Of a stretch of DNA of 31,111 nucleotides, positions 16,972 through 25,773 are shown piece after piece. The stretch lies in the NCBI GenBank assembly GCA_029821515.1, contig JALGTD010000082.1:1-31111 (forward strand). The letters run 5' to 3'. Below the pieces are notes generated by a model. The model was not told the DNA's origin. It worked only from the letters and a program-made list of their open reading frames with translations, and did no database searches. The DNA is from Candidatus Zipacnadia bacterium (lineage in GTDB: Bacteria; Armatimonadota; Zipacnadia; Zipacnadales; Zipacnadaceae). The first letter of the stretch is position 1. The number at the start of each line of letters is the position of its first letter. The translations under genes were made by a program, and so were the position numbers.

Positions 16972-18050
16972 CTATCCGCTCCCTAACTCTTCCCGGGCAA
17001 TCTCAGTCAACGCCGGCACGACCTCAAACACATCGCCAACGATGCCGTAGTGAGCAACTTCAAAAATGGGAGCAGCAGGATCCGTATTGATAGCCACAAT
17101 ACAATCCGCCCCGGACATACCCGCCAGGTGCTGGACCGCTCCTGATATGCCACAGGCGATATAGAGCCGGGGCTGGACGGTGCTGCCAGTTTGGCCGACC
17201 TGGTGGTAGGGAGCTATCCAGCCGTCATCCACCGTCGGGCGCGAAGCTCCCACCACTCCGCCCAGAGCATCAGCTAACTCTCTGATAATAGCGAAATTCT
17301 CCGGCTTCTTCAGCCCCCGGCCACCGGAAACGATGATCTCCGCGTCCTGAAGATTCACCTGCCCCGCAGCTTCATCGCGGGCAATATCAATAATCTTCGT
17401 CATTATTGAATTCTCATCAAAGCTTACGGGAACTTCAACTATTTCCGCAGTATGTTCCGGCGGTGATTCCAGCCGCTGCATAACCCGCGGGCGTACCGTC
17501 GCCATCTGCGGGCGGTGGTTACGCGTAACAATGCGCGCCATAATATTGCCGCCGAAGGCCGGTCGCGTCTGCACCAGCAGGTGCTCTTCGGGGTCAATCT
17601 CCAGACCGGTACAGTCAGCGGTCAGGCCAGTTTTGATGCGAGTGGCTATGGCTCCTCGGCATAAAACACCCGATCTGGTCCAGACTGCGCTGCTTTCTGA
17701 GCAAGCTCACCCGCTTTATCACCCAGGACAACCAGACTCAGCTCGGTATCCAGGTTCTCAGCCAGCTCGCGACCCTTGCCCAACAACTCCCAGGTCACGC
17801 CCGCCAGCCCATCTTCGCCAACTTCGCCGATTACCCACACGCCCTGGTAATCACTGGTATCCACCTCTTCAATAGCGGGAACTTCCCAGATAATAGCACC
17901 AACCGGGCAGACACTCACACACCCGCCACACAGCGTGCATGCCTCGGTGATGGTCGCCAGCCCTTCGGCCATCTCGATCGCGCCGTACGGACAAGCCTTT
18001 ATGCAAAGTTGACAGCCGGTACATTTTTCTGCGTCAACATGGATATTCAT
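16972..18050 (-). pseudogene. etfA: Electron transfer flavoprotein alpha subunit with N-terminal 2x[4Fe-4S] ferredoxin domain; split by an apparent deletion/frameshift at about 17650
   Basis: CTGCQLCIKACP and CTLCGGCVSVCP, then the EtfA N-domain up to YAEEP*. The other frame resumes [16 protein letters not shown]...QTRPAFGGN and includes the FAD motif GASRPTVD...QVGQTG...[12 protein letters not shown]. Confidence 0.9.
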
Positions 18051-18084
18051 TTTGCGTCTTTATCTGCTAAATTCAGCAGGCCAC

Positions 18085-18821
18085 TTAGAGCAATTGTGCC
18101 TCACGCAGCTTGTCAAGAAGCTCGAACGCTGGGGCGGGAATATTTCTACTACCGTGGTCGGCGAGCCAGACAGTCCGCATTTTTCGGGATCAGCTTGGAT
18201 ATCCTCCAGTGTCCAGGTAGGTATCTCTTTTTTGCGGGCTGCCATAACCCCGCGCAGCCCGGCGTGCCGGGGAACATTCATATGTTTGTCAGCAGTAATC
18301 AGAGCCGGCAGCTTCATTTCAATAGTCTCAAAACTGCCAGCCAGCAGGCGCTTGACCTGCATCTTCTTCCCGTCTACTTTCACTTCCATTGCGTAGGTAG
18401 CCTGGGGAATGCCCAACTGCTCGGCAATGCCCGGGCCGACCTGAGCGGTGTCTCCATCAAAAGCCTGCTTACCACAGATAACCAGATCGTAGCCGCCAAT
18501 CTTCTGTATCGCCTCCGCCAGGACATAAGAGGTCGCCAGCGTGTCGCTGCCGGCAAGGGCCCGGTCACTGATGAGAACAGCGTCATCGCAGCCCATAGCC
18601 AGTGCCTGGCGGAGAGCCTCTTCGGCCTGCGGCGGGCCCATGCTGAGGGCGGTAACCGTCCCGCCATATTCTTCCTTAAGCTGTAGGGCAGCCTCAATAG
18701 CATTCTCATCATAGGGATTGATAATGCTGGGAACGCCCTCACGCACCAGCGTATTGGTCTCGGGGTCAATGCTGATCTCGCTGGTATCCGGAACCTGTTT
18801 AATGCAGACTATTATGTTCAT
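18085..18821 (-). CDS. etfB: Electron transfer flavoprotein beta subunit; C-terminal frameshift near 18130 (ORF track end 18060, likely native stop 18085)
   Basis: VCIKQVPD, NPYDENAIEAAL, ALAGSDTLAT, GKQAFDGDTAQVGP, GLSGSPT. An alternative frame gives the typical tail AFELLDKLREAQLL*. Confidence 0.92.
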
Positions 18822-18831
18822 ACAACTGCTC

Positions 18832-19539
18832 CTATTTCTCTGCTCTTATCCCAGTAATTGCTGTAGCTATCCCCCACTTGAGAACCTTCCACTGCAACTG
18901 TTCAAAACCAACAGTTTCGAGCATCGTCGTCAACTGCTGAGGTGACAGAAACTCTGCTGTAGACTGGGCCAGGTAGCGATAGGCATCCCCACGCCCGGTT
19001 AGTATTCCTCCGATAACTGGCACAAAATGCCGCCGAAACAGTTCGACCGGCCACGAAGCGCCGCCGCCGCACATTTCTAGAACCAGTATCCAGCCCCCTG
19101 GGCGCAACACGCGCGCCATCTCCTGCAAGCCGGCCTGCAAATCTACAAAGTTGCGTATAGCAAATGCTGCCATTACTCCATCAAATTGTCCCGTTCGCCA
19201 CGGAAGCTGCATGGCGTCACAACGTACCAACCTTACCCGGCTGCTGTTAGCCTGCTTCCATTGAGCCCGCTGCAGCATTGACTCGCTAAAATCAGCGGCC
19301 AGCAATCTGCTGGTGTCCGGATGCTCCCCACTGCCGGCTCCCACATCCAAGACTATCCTTGACCGAGCCGGTGGAACTAGCGCCGCCGCTTCGCGCCGCC
19401 AGGCCCGATCATTATCCAAGGTCAACAGCCGATTCAGCAGATCGTAGCGAGGAGCGATCTCGCCGAACATACGGCAAATTGTTTCTCGCTTCGGCTTCAT
19501 ACGACTCTGACGCAGCCCGGCCCGGGCAGATTGCTTCAC
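18832..19539 (-). CDS. MenG/UbiE-family SAM-dependent methyltransferase (short in-frame gap after motif I)
   Basis: MFGEIAPRYDLLNRLL...WRR, VLDVGAGSGE, DFSESML, DAMQLPW, FAIRNF, EMARVLRPGG, AYRYLAQS. Confidence 0.85.
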   Translation of the reverse strand: MKQSARAGLRQSRMKPKRETICRMFGEIAPRYDLLNRLLTLDNDRAWRREAAALVPPARSRIVLDVGAGSGEHPDTSRLLAADFSESMLQRAQWKQANSSRVRLVRCDAMQLPWRTGQFDGVMAAFAIRNFVDLQAGLQEMARVLRPGGWILVLEMCGGGASWPVELFRRHFVPVIGGILTGRGDAYRYLAQSTAEFLSPQQLTTMLETVGFEQLQWKVLKWGIATAITGIRAEK

Positions 19540-19566
19540 CCTCCGTTCTCTCTACCTTTACACAGC

Positions 19567-20661
19567 CTACTTCCCCTCAACGATATCAAACAGCTTGGCC
19601 TCGCGGTAGTAGCGCTCTACCGGATAGTCCTTGGTATACCCGTAGCCGCCGTGAATCTGCACTGCCTTGCTGCAGACCTCCACGCACATCTCCGAGGCGA
19701 ATACCTTGGCCATAGCCGCCTCTTTCTCGAACTCCAAACCCTGGTCCTTGCGCCAGGCCGCACTGTAAGTCAGCCAGCGGGCCGCCTCAATGCTGGTGGC
19801 CATATCCGCCAGCATGAACTGAACTGCCTGGAACTCGCTAATCGGCTGTCCAAACTGCTCGCGGGTAGGCGCATAGGCAATCGCTGCATCATAAGCTGCT
19901 TGAGCCAGACCGACTGCGCCGATGGCCATGCCAACGCGCCCGGCTCCCAGCGTGGTCATCGCTACCCGAAAGCCTCGTCGCTCGCGGCCCAGCACATTCT
20001 CCTTAGGCACGCGAGCATCCTGGAAGATTAGTTCACGATTGGACAGGGCGGGATAGGCCATCTTCTCTTCATCCTTGCCAAAAGTGAAACCCTCCGTGCC
20101 CTTTTCCACGATGAAAGCTGTCATCCCCCGCGCTCCTCTTTCCGGAGCAACGTTGGCGATGATCACGTATATCTCAGCATCACCGCCATTGGTGATGAAT
20201 ACCTTGGTGCCATTCAGGATATAATGATCACCGTCCAGCTCGGCGCGGGTCCGCACGCTGGCGGCATCTGAGCCGGCTCCCGGCTCAGTCAGGCCGAATG
20301 CTCCGATCTTTTCCCCGCTAGCCAGCGGCCGGAGATACTTCTCTTTCTGCTCTTCGCTACCAAACTCCATAATGGGATATTCAGCCAGCAGATGAGCGCC
20401 GTACACCGCACCAGTTGTGGTGCAAGCTGCCGAAAGCAGCTCACCAACGACCGCCCAGTCCAGAATTCCCAGCCCCAGCCCGCCGTACTGCTCAGGCACT
20501 GGCACACCGAACAGATCCAACTCGGCCAGCATCTTTATGTTATCCCAGGGGTACTCCCCACGCTGGTCAACTTCCTTAGCTTTGGGTTTAAGCTCCTCCT
20601 CGCAGATTCCTCTGACCGCCGCGAAGATCTCCTGCTGTTCGTCAGTAAATGAGAAATCCAT
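19567..20661 (-). CDS. Acyl-CoA dehydrogenase family protein (Bcd/CarC-like); last helix appears missing
   Basis: [39 protein letters not shown]; ends abruptly at DIVEGK*. RBS GAGGAAGG before ATG 20661. Confidence 0.93.
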   Translation of the reverse strand: MDFSFTDEQQEIFAAVRGICEEELKPKAKEVDQRGEYPWDNIKMLAELDLFGVPVPEQYGGLGLGILDWAVVGELLSAACTTTGAVYGAHLLAEYPIMEFGSEEQKEKYLRPLASGEKIGAFGLTEPGAGSDAASVRTRAELDGDHYILNGTKVFITNGGDAEIYVIIANVAPERGARGMTAFIVEKGTEGFTFGKDEEKMAYPALSNRELIFQDARVPKENVLGRERRGFRVAMTTLGAGRVGMAIGAVGLAQAAYDAAIAYAPTREQFGQPISEFQAVQFMLADMATSIEAARWLTYSAAWRKDQGLEFEKEAAMAKVFASEMCVEVCSKAVQIHGGYGYTKDYPVERYYREAKLFDIVEGK

Positions 20662-20701
20662 CGCCTTCCTCCCTGAACTGTTGGTCACAGCATACAGCTA
20701 C

Positions 20702-21712
20702 CTATGCAGAAGTGAAGGGTGGCAGCGTCCAGCGAACGACGGCTGCCCCCAGGGTGAAGCCGGCTCCAAACCCCACGAACAGCACAATATCGCCTGGGGA
20801 TAGCTGGCCTTTGCGGTAAGTGTCATCCAAACACATTGGCACTGACGCCGCCGAGGTGTTGCCATACTTGCTGACGGTGTTGATCACTTTCTTTGGGTCT
20901 ATATCCAGGCGATCCGCCGCAGCGTCGAGTATGCGTCGGTTGGCCTGGTGCATAATAACTGCCGAGACATCTGCCGGACGCAGGCCAGCTTTGTCTAATG
21001 CTTCATGGGCAATTCTGGGAATACCCCGCACCGCCAGCTTGAATATTTCGGGTCCCTGCATCGCCAGACAGTCCTGGCCCTGAGCAATTAACTCAGAGGT
21101 CAGGCGCAGCCGCGAGCCGCCGCCCGGCAAGATGAGCAAATCACCATATTCGCCGTGCGAGCTCAGCGCGAACGACAGCAGTCCCTCATCGCGTCCGCAA
21201 GGCCCCATTACTGCAGCTCCTGCTCCGTCACCGAACAGCACACAGGTGGAGCGGTCGGTCCAATCGGCAATACGGGTGAGCACCTCGGCGCTGATCAACA
21301 AAACGTAGTCGTAGTCACCACTACGCACAAAATTGGCCCCGGCGGCCATAGCGTAGATAAATCCGGTGCAGCCACTGCTCATATCCATTGCGCCGGCATT
21401 CTTTGCCCCAATCGCATCCTGGACGAGGCAAGCAGTGGCGGGGAAGAAGTAATCAGGGGTAACAGTGGTCAGCATAATCAGCCCAATCTGCTCAGGGCTG
21501 ATGCCGGCGTCGTCAAGGGCGCGCTGAGCAGCTTTGATAGCCAGGTCCGAAGAGGCCTGGTCGTCGGCCGCCAGACGCCGCTCGTTTATGCCGGTGTGGC
21601 GGATAATCCACTCATCGGTGGTATCAACCATTCGCTCCCAGTCGGCATTGGTCAGAACAGTCTCTGGCAGATACGAGCCTACCCCACAGATTGTCGCACC
21701 ACGCAAAGACAT
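20702..21712 (-). CDS. fabH: 3-oxoacyl-ACP synthase III
   Basis: Cys-His-Asn triad (SGCTGF, HQAN, GNTSAAS), LFGDGAGA. Confidence 0.97.
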   Translation of the reverse strand: MSLRGATICGVGSYLPETVLTNADWERMVDTTDEWIIRHTGINERRLAADDQASSDLAIKAAQRALDDAGISPEQIGLIMLTTVTPDYFFPATACLVQDAIGAKNAGAMDMSSGCTGFIYAMAAGANFVRSGDYDYVLLISAEVLTRIADWTDRSTCVLFGDGAGAAVMGPCGRDEGLLSFALSSHGEYGDLLILPGGGSRLRLTSELIAQGQDCLAMQGPEIFKLAVRGIPRIAHEALDKAGLRPADVSAVIMHQANRRILDAAADRLDIDPKKVINTVSKYGNTSAASVPMCLDDTYRKGQLSPGDIVLFVGFGAGFTLGAAVVRWTLPPFTSA

Positions 21713-21768
21713 ACTCTATTTCTTTCTTGGGCAGGAGAATTGGACGACGGCGACTGGGTGGGCCGCAC

Positions 21769-22773
21769 TCAGCTCGCTTCGGCCACCAGTTGCCTGCAGG
21801 CCTGCTGGAGGTGTTTGACAACTCCGCCTTCTACAGCACGGTGGGCTACCCCGATCGCGCTGGCGATAGCTCTCCCATCGGACCGACCATGACTGACAAC
21901 GGTGATGCCCCGGACCCCCAGCAGTGGAGCACCGCCATAGTTGGCGTAATCGTATCGCTGGCGCAAGCTGCCCAACTTGCTGCTCAATAACAGGCGAGCG
22001 ATCCTGGCACTCAAGCCATCACATAAGCAATTGTGTAGGTCATCCATCAGGAACTGGGCCATCGCTTCGGCGGTCTTCAGAGCCACATTGCCTACAAAGC
22101 CGTCAGCCACCGCGACATCAGCCTGGCCATTAAAGATGCCGTCAGCTTCGATGTTGCCGACAAAGTTAATGGGCATCTGCGCCAGCATACCAAAGGCTGC
22201 CGCAGTCAAACTGTTGCCTTTTGACGATTCTGCGCCGATGTTCAGCAGGCCAACCCTGGGACTTTCAATGCCCAGAGCGCTCTCGGCGTAGACACTACCC
22301 ATCAGGCCAAACTGCGCCAGATGAATCGGCTGACAGTCCACGTTGGCCCCACCATCAATAATTACTCCCGCACCACGCTGCGATATCATAGGCGCGGCGA
22401 TGCCTGGACGCCGCAGACCCTCTATAACACCCAGTCGGGTGTGAGCCAAAGTCAGCAATGCCCCGGAATTGCCCGCCGAGACCACGGCCTGGGCTTCTTG
22501 ATTCCGTACCATATCAACGGCCACAAACATGGAGGCATCCTGACTTCGCAGCGCACCTCGTGTCGGATCAGCCTCCATCTCAATGACGTCATTAGCCGCC
22601 ACAATCCGGAGGTTGGCGGGCCGCTGAGCGGAGTCAGGCAGGTACTTTTCGATTTCCGCAGGCCGACCCACAAGGGCAATTTGCACCGGCAACTGCTCCG
22701 CGCTGCGCAGCGCCCCCCTGACCGCTGCTTGCGGGGCAAAATCTCCACCCATGGCGTCAACAGCAATAACCAT
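21769..22773 (-). CDS. plsX: Phosphate acyltransferase PlsX
   Basis: IAVDAMGGDFAP, VSAGNSGA, DGGANVD, DGFVGNVALK, YGGAPLLG, SHGRS. Start set at ATG 22773 with GGAGAGG. Confidence 0.97.
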   Translation of the reverse strand: MVIAVDAMGGDFAPQAAVRGALRSAEQLPVQIALVGRPAEIEKYLPDSAQRPANLRIVAANDVIEMEADPTRGALRSQDASMFVAVDMVRNQEAQAVVSAGNSGALLTLAHTRLGVIEGLRRPGIAAPMISQRGAGVIIDGGANVDCQPIHLAQFGLMGSVYAESALGIESPRVGLLNIGAESSKGNSLTAAAFGMLAQMPINFVGNIEADGIFNGQADVAVADGFVGNVALKTAEAMAQFLMDDLHNCLCDGLSARIARLLLSSKLGSLRQRYDYANYGGAPLLGVRGITVVSHGRSDGRAIASAIGVAHRAVEGGVVKHLQQACRQLVAEAS

Positions 22774-22805
22774 AAGCCTCTCCCAGAGCCTCGGAGTAAC
22801 GGTCC

Positions 22806-23003
22806 TTAGTGACGCTCCTGTTCCAGTTCGACGGTGTGGTCCACTTTCTCGCCCTGGTAGTAGCCACACTTGTGACAGGCATTGTGCGGACGAATCATTG
22901 CCCCGCAATTGGAGCATTTCACCAGCGCCGGGATACTCAAGCCCTGATGGGTGCGCCGCTTGTTGCGTCGCGACTTGGAAGTTTTTTTCTTTGGTACAGC
23001 CAT
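22806..23003 (-). CDS. rpmF: 50S ribosomal protein L32
   Basis: MAVPKKKTSKSRRNKRR, CxxC...CxxCGYY. Confidence 0.97.
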   Translation of the reverse strand: MAVPKKKTSKSRRNKRRTHQGLSIPALVKCSNCGAMIRPHNACHKCGYYQGEKVDHTVELEQERH

Positions 23004-23024
23004 ATCGCGTCAACTCCACCTATC

Positions 23025-23055
23025 AACTAAACTGCGTGGGCATCTCCCCACGCAG
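23025..23055 (-). terminator. Terminator-like hairpin between yceD and rpmF
   Basis: Perfect 9-bp stem CTGCGTGGG/CCCACGCAG, 6-nt loop, then TTTAGTT. Confidence 0.5.
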
Positions 23056-23087
23056 GCACAAGATGGTCGAAAGATATATGCTGCATG

Positions 23088-23606
23088 CTACTGGTGGTGC
23101 AGTTCCAGCAGTGGCGCCAGACGGGAATCTACCTGCTGGCGCTGGCAGTCACAGTCACCCTCGTTGAGATTCTGCCCGCATACCGGGCACAGGCCCCGAC
23201 AGTCAGGTCGGCAAAGCCAACGCCAGGGCGTGTTGAGCATCGCGAGCTGCCGGACAAGTTCAGACAAATCTATCTTACTCCCACTGCGTAGGGAGATAAG
23301 CTCACTTCGCTCCTCCTCAGCGGTAACCGAGTCATACCGTTCAACAGCTTCCAGCGAGCACACCTCGTCAATTTCAATCTCTATGGGCACCCAGTGCTTG
23401 GTCAGACACCGGCTGCACGTCAGTTCAACAGTAGTGCTTACAAAGCCGAACGCCTCGACTTTGCCTCCCGCGTTAATCAGAGTGACTTGACCTTTAACCG
23501 GACCATATAATGCTTCGCTTGCTTCAACCGCAACTTCAGCATCAACTACACAAGTAAGTTCAACTCCTGGCTTCTGCAATTCATCGAGAATGTCGTATTG
23601 CATCAT
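23088..23606 (-). CDS. yceD: YceD/DUF177 family protein
   Basis: CSRCL and LCRPDCRGLCPVCGQNLNEGDCDC...DSRLAPL; canonical position before rpmF. Confidence 0.93.
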   Translation of the reverse strand: MMQYDILDELQKPGVELTCVVDAEVAVEASEALYGPVKGQVTLINAGGKVEAFGFVSTTVELTCSRCLTKHWVPIEIEIDEVCSLEAVERYDSVTAEEERSELISLRSGSKIDLSELVRQLAMLNTPWRWLCRPDCRGLCPVCGQNLNEGDCDCQRQQVDSRLAPLLELHHQ

Positions 23607-23652
23607 CCAGCCGGCTCCTCGTCTCAGGCCTGTCAGCCCGGAGATGTGCTTG

Positions 23653-23681
23653 AGTATAGCCCGTTAGGGGGCGATTGTCAA
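23653..23681 (-). promoter_or_regulatory. Sigma-70 promoter of the yceD-rpmF-plsX-fab operon
   Basis: TTGACA-N17-TATACT; the -35 lies in the last codons of the upstream gene. Confidence 0.88.
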
Positions 23682-25616
23682 GAATTCATCCAGGCCCTGG
23701 GCCCGCCAGAGCAACACTCGCTGGCCAATCTGCCAGGGCCCGGCCAAGGCCACCGGCCCCCCATTTACCGAGCGAGCTGTAACCTCGTCATTGAGCATGT
23801 CCTCCTGGACCTGCCAGGAGGTCTCATTGTCCTCGTAACTTATCGTGTGCAGCAGCATATGCTTGTACTCAAGCTCGGATTTGCTCTTGGGCTTGTGTTC
23901 AGTCAGAACACCCTTGAAAGGATCAGTAGGCTCGGGCAGTAGTTCCTTAGTACGCTCAACACTCTGCCGTAGTCGTGCGCGGGCAAAGTTAGCAGCAAAA
24001 TCCACCAACGAATCGAAGCTGCTGGCCGGCGCCACTTTCACCACTACTCCGGCCCGCAGATTATTCAGCGGTTGGCGCAGCCGGTAGCTACGCTTACGGG
24101 CATAGATTGTCAACTGTAGTTCAGCGGTATCACCCTGGTCAGTCCACTCCAGAACTGCTGGCTTAGGCCCCGAGACAATGGCTCTACCCTCTGCCGGTCC
24201 CGCCCGCAAAGCCCGTATTCCTACATAGCACCCGGCTCTCTCTACTGCTACGGTGCCCATCGCCGGTATCGCGGTCGGCAGTCCGTTCCACTCGCCTCCG
24301 CCTACAATCACTCGATCTATCTGTGAACGCGGGCCCAGCACTCCGCGCAGCCAGGCGCTCAGGCGGTTGCCCTGCCCAATTACGTCGAAGTCAACTGTGA
24401 TCATACCTACATTATTGACCTGCACACTGGTGACGTAGCTGGGCCACGGATCAGTAAAAAAATAGGCGGTAGGTCGCTCGGGGCAATCAGCGAAAGTGAC
24501 CATCAACGGTATACTGGTGTTACTGGGCCGACCGGTCATTGTGCCCAGACTGAAGCGATCATACATATATGTGTCTGTGCGGACAATATATGCCTCACCG
24601 CGCGCTTCAGTTGAGATTTGCGCCGGTAGTTGCTGGCCGGCTACTGCCAGCAGGTCGCCGGATGGCGCGTAGTCGGGAGCCACAAAAAACATCGCAAATG
24701 GCGACATCATCTGTGGCCGCGGGCCGCCCAGATCAACATAAATCAGGTACGGGCTGTACTGCCCGCCATACAGATAATCCCCAGGCTCAGCGTACAACGC
24801 TGCCCCCGCCAGCGCACCTGAGTTGGCCTGCACGCGCCAGGCCAGATCCTGATACATCAGTACCAGGGCATCGCGAAGTTGGTCGCTGCGCATTTCGGTA
24901 CCGGCCGCCTGCCAGATCCATTTCAGCGCCGCCAGTCGGTAGCTATCCGAGCTGGGGCTGTGCCCATCACCGAGGCCTTTATCAAGCGTCTCCCCCAGCC
25001 AGGTTGCAACTTCCTTCAGGCTTTCTGTAATCTGCTGGTCGGCACCCAGCGCTCGCCCCACCATCGCCAGGCTGGCCGCCCGCAGCAGGCCCGTGACATC
25101 GTCTTCGGAGGGAGCTGGCTTACCTCGCACCGCCGCAAGTGCTAACTCCAAGCCACTGTGCAACTGTGCACTCAACTCCGATGAAAGCTTTTCGGCATGC
25201 TTGATGTAAACCTGGGCAAGTACCGGACTGGCAAAGTAAGTCGCCTGGAGGCTGGGAGCCTGCCCCTGGCCAGCCAGCCAGGGGAACTGGCCCTCTGTCG
25301 CCGAGCCTGGCTGGGTATCCTGGGCAGCCAGAACTGCTTTTAGTACCTGCTGGGCTTGTGCAATATTGGTGTCGCTCTCACAAGCTGCCAGAACATAGCC
25401 AGGGCTTTCCGTCGCTACACTGGGCAGGCCCGCCTGATTCAGTAGCAGGCCAGTGGCCTCATCAATTTGGGGGCGGTACTGCTCGGATGAGCTGAGCCAG
25501 CCGACCAGATCGCGATATTGCTGCTCGTGCTTGCTTGCCTCCGCTGTCATCGCACCCGTTAACAAGCACACTACCAACACCAGACGCCCAATTGAGCAAT
25601 CAGAAAGCCAGGCCAT
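23664..25616 (-). CDS. Secreted hypothetical protein, 650 aa (helical N-domain, beta-rich C-domain)
   Basis: Long ORF with a probable signal peptide and GAGGAAG RBS; no family motif recognised with certainty. Confidence 0.8.
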   Translation of the reverse strand: MAWLSDCSIGRLVLVVCLLTGAMTAEASKHEQQYRDLVGWLSSSEQYRPQIDEATGLLLNQAGLPSVATESPGYVLAACESDTNIAQAQQVLKAVLAAQDTQPGSATEGQFPWLAGQGQAPSLQATYFASPVLAQVYIKHAEKLSSELSAQLHSGLELALAAVRGKPAPSEDDVTGLLRAASLAMVGRALGADQQITESLKEVATWLGETLDKGLGDGHSPSSDSYRLAALKWIWQAAGTEMRSDQLRDALVLMYQDLAWRVQANSGALAGAALYAEPGDYLYGGQYSPYLIYVDLGGPRPQMMSPFAMFFVAPDYAPSGDLLAVAGQQLPAQISTEARGEAYIVRTDTYMYDRFSLGTMTGRPSNTSIPLMVTFADCPERPTAYFFTDPWPSYVTSVQVNNVGMITVDFDVIGQGNRLSAWLRGVLGPRSQIDRVIVGGGEWNGLPTAIPAMGTVAVERAGCYVGIRALRAGPAEGRAIVSGPKPAVLEWTDQGDTAELQLTIYARKRSYRLRQPLNNLRAGVVVKVAPASSFDSLVDFAANFARARLRQSVERTKELLPEPTDPFKGVLTEHKPKSKSELEYKHMLLHTISYEDNETSWQVQEDMLNDEVTARSVNGGPVALAGPWQIGQRVLLWRAQGLDEFLTIAP

Positions 25617-25664
25617 AGCCCATCACTTCCTCGGCTAAACTGCGTTGCCACTGTTAATCTAGGC

Positions 25665-25697
25665 AGACAGAAAGCCGCCGAGTTCGCCCCGGCGGCT
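25665..25697 (-). terminator. Intrinsic terminator of the ribosomal protein operon
   Basis: AGCCGCCG-N9-CGGCGGCT followed by TTCTGT, about 80 nt after the rpsI stop. Confidence 0.75.
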
Positions 25698-25773
25698 CCC
25701 CCAGTTTACCGCATCGTGTCATCCTGTGCTGACGATGCCACAAACAGCACTGCATTAGCGGCATTCCCCGAGT

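Noticed and set aside
21769-23019. ORF-track N-terminal extensions of plsX, rnc, rpsK, rpsI, rplQ and the GH42-fold gene
   Set aside because: They overlap upstream genes and lack homology; downstream starts fit the known N-termini and usually a better RBS.
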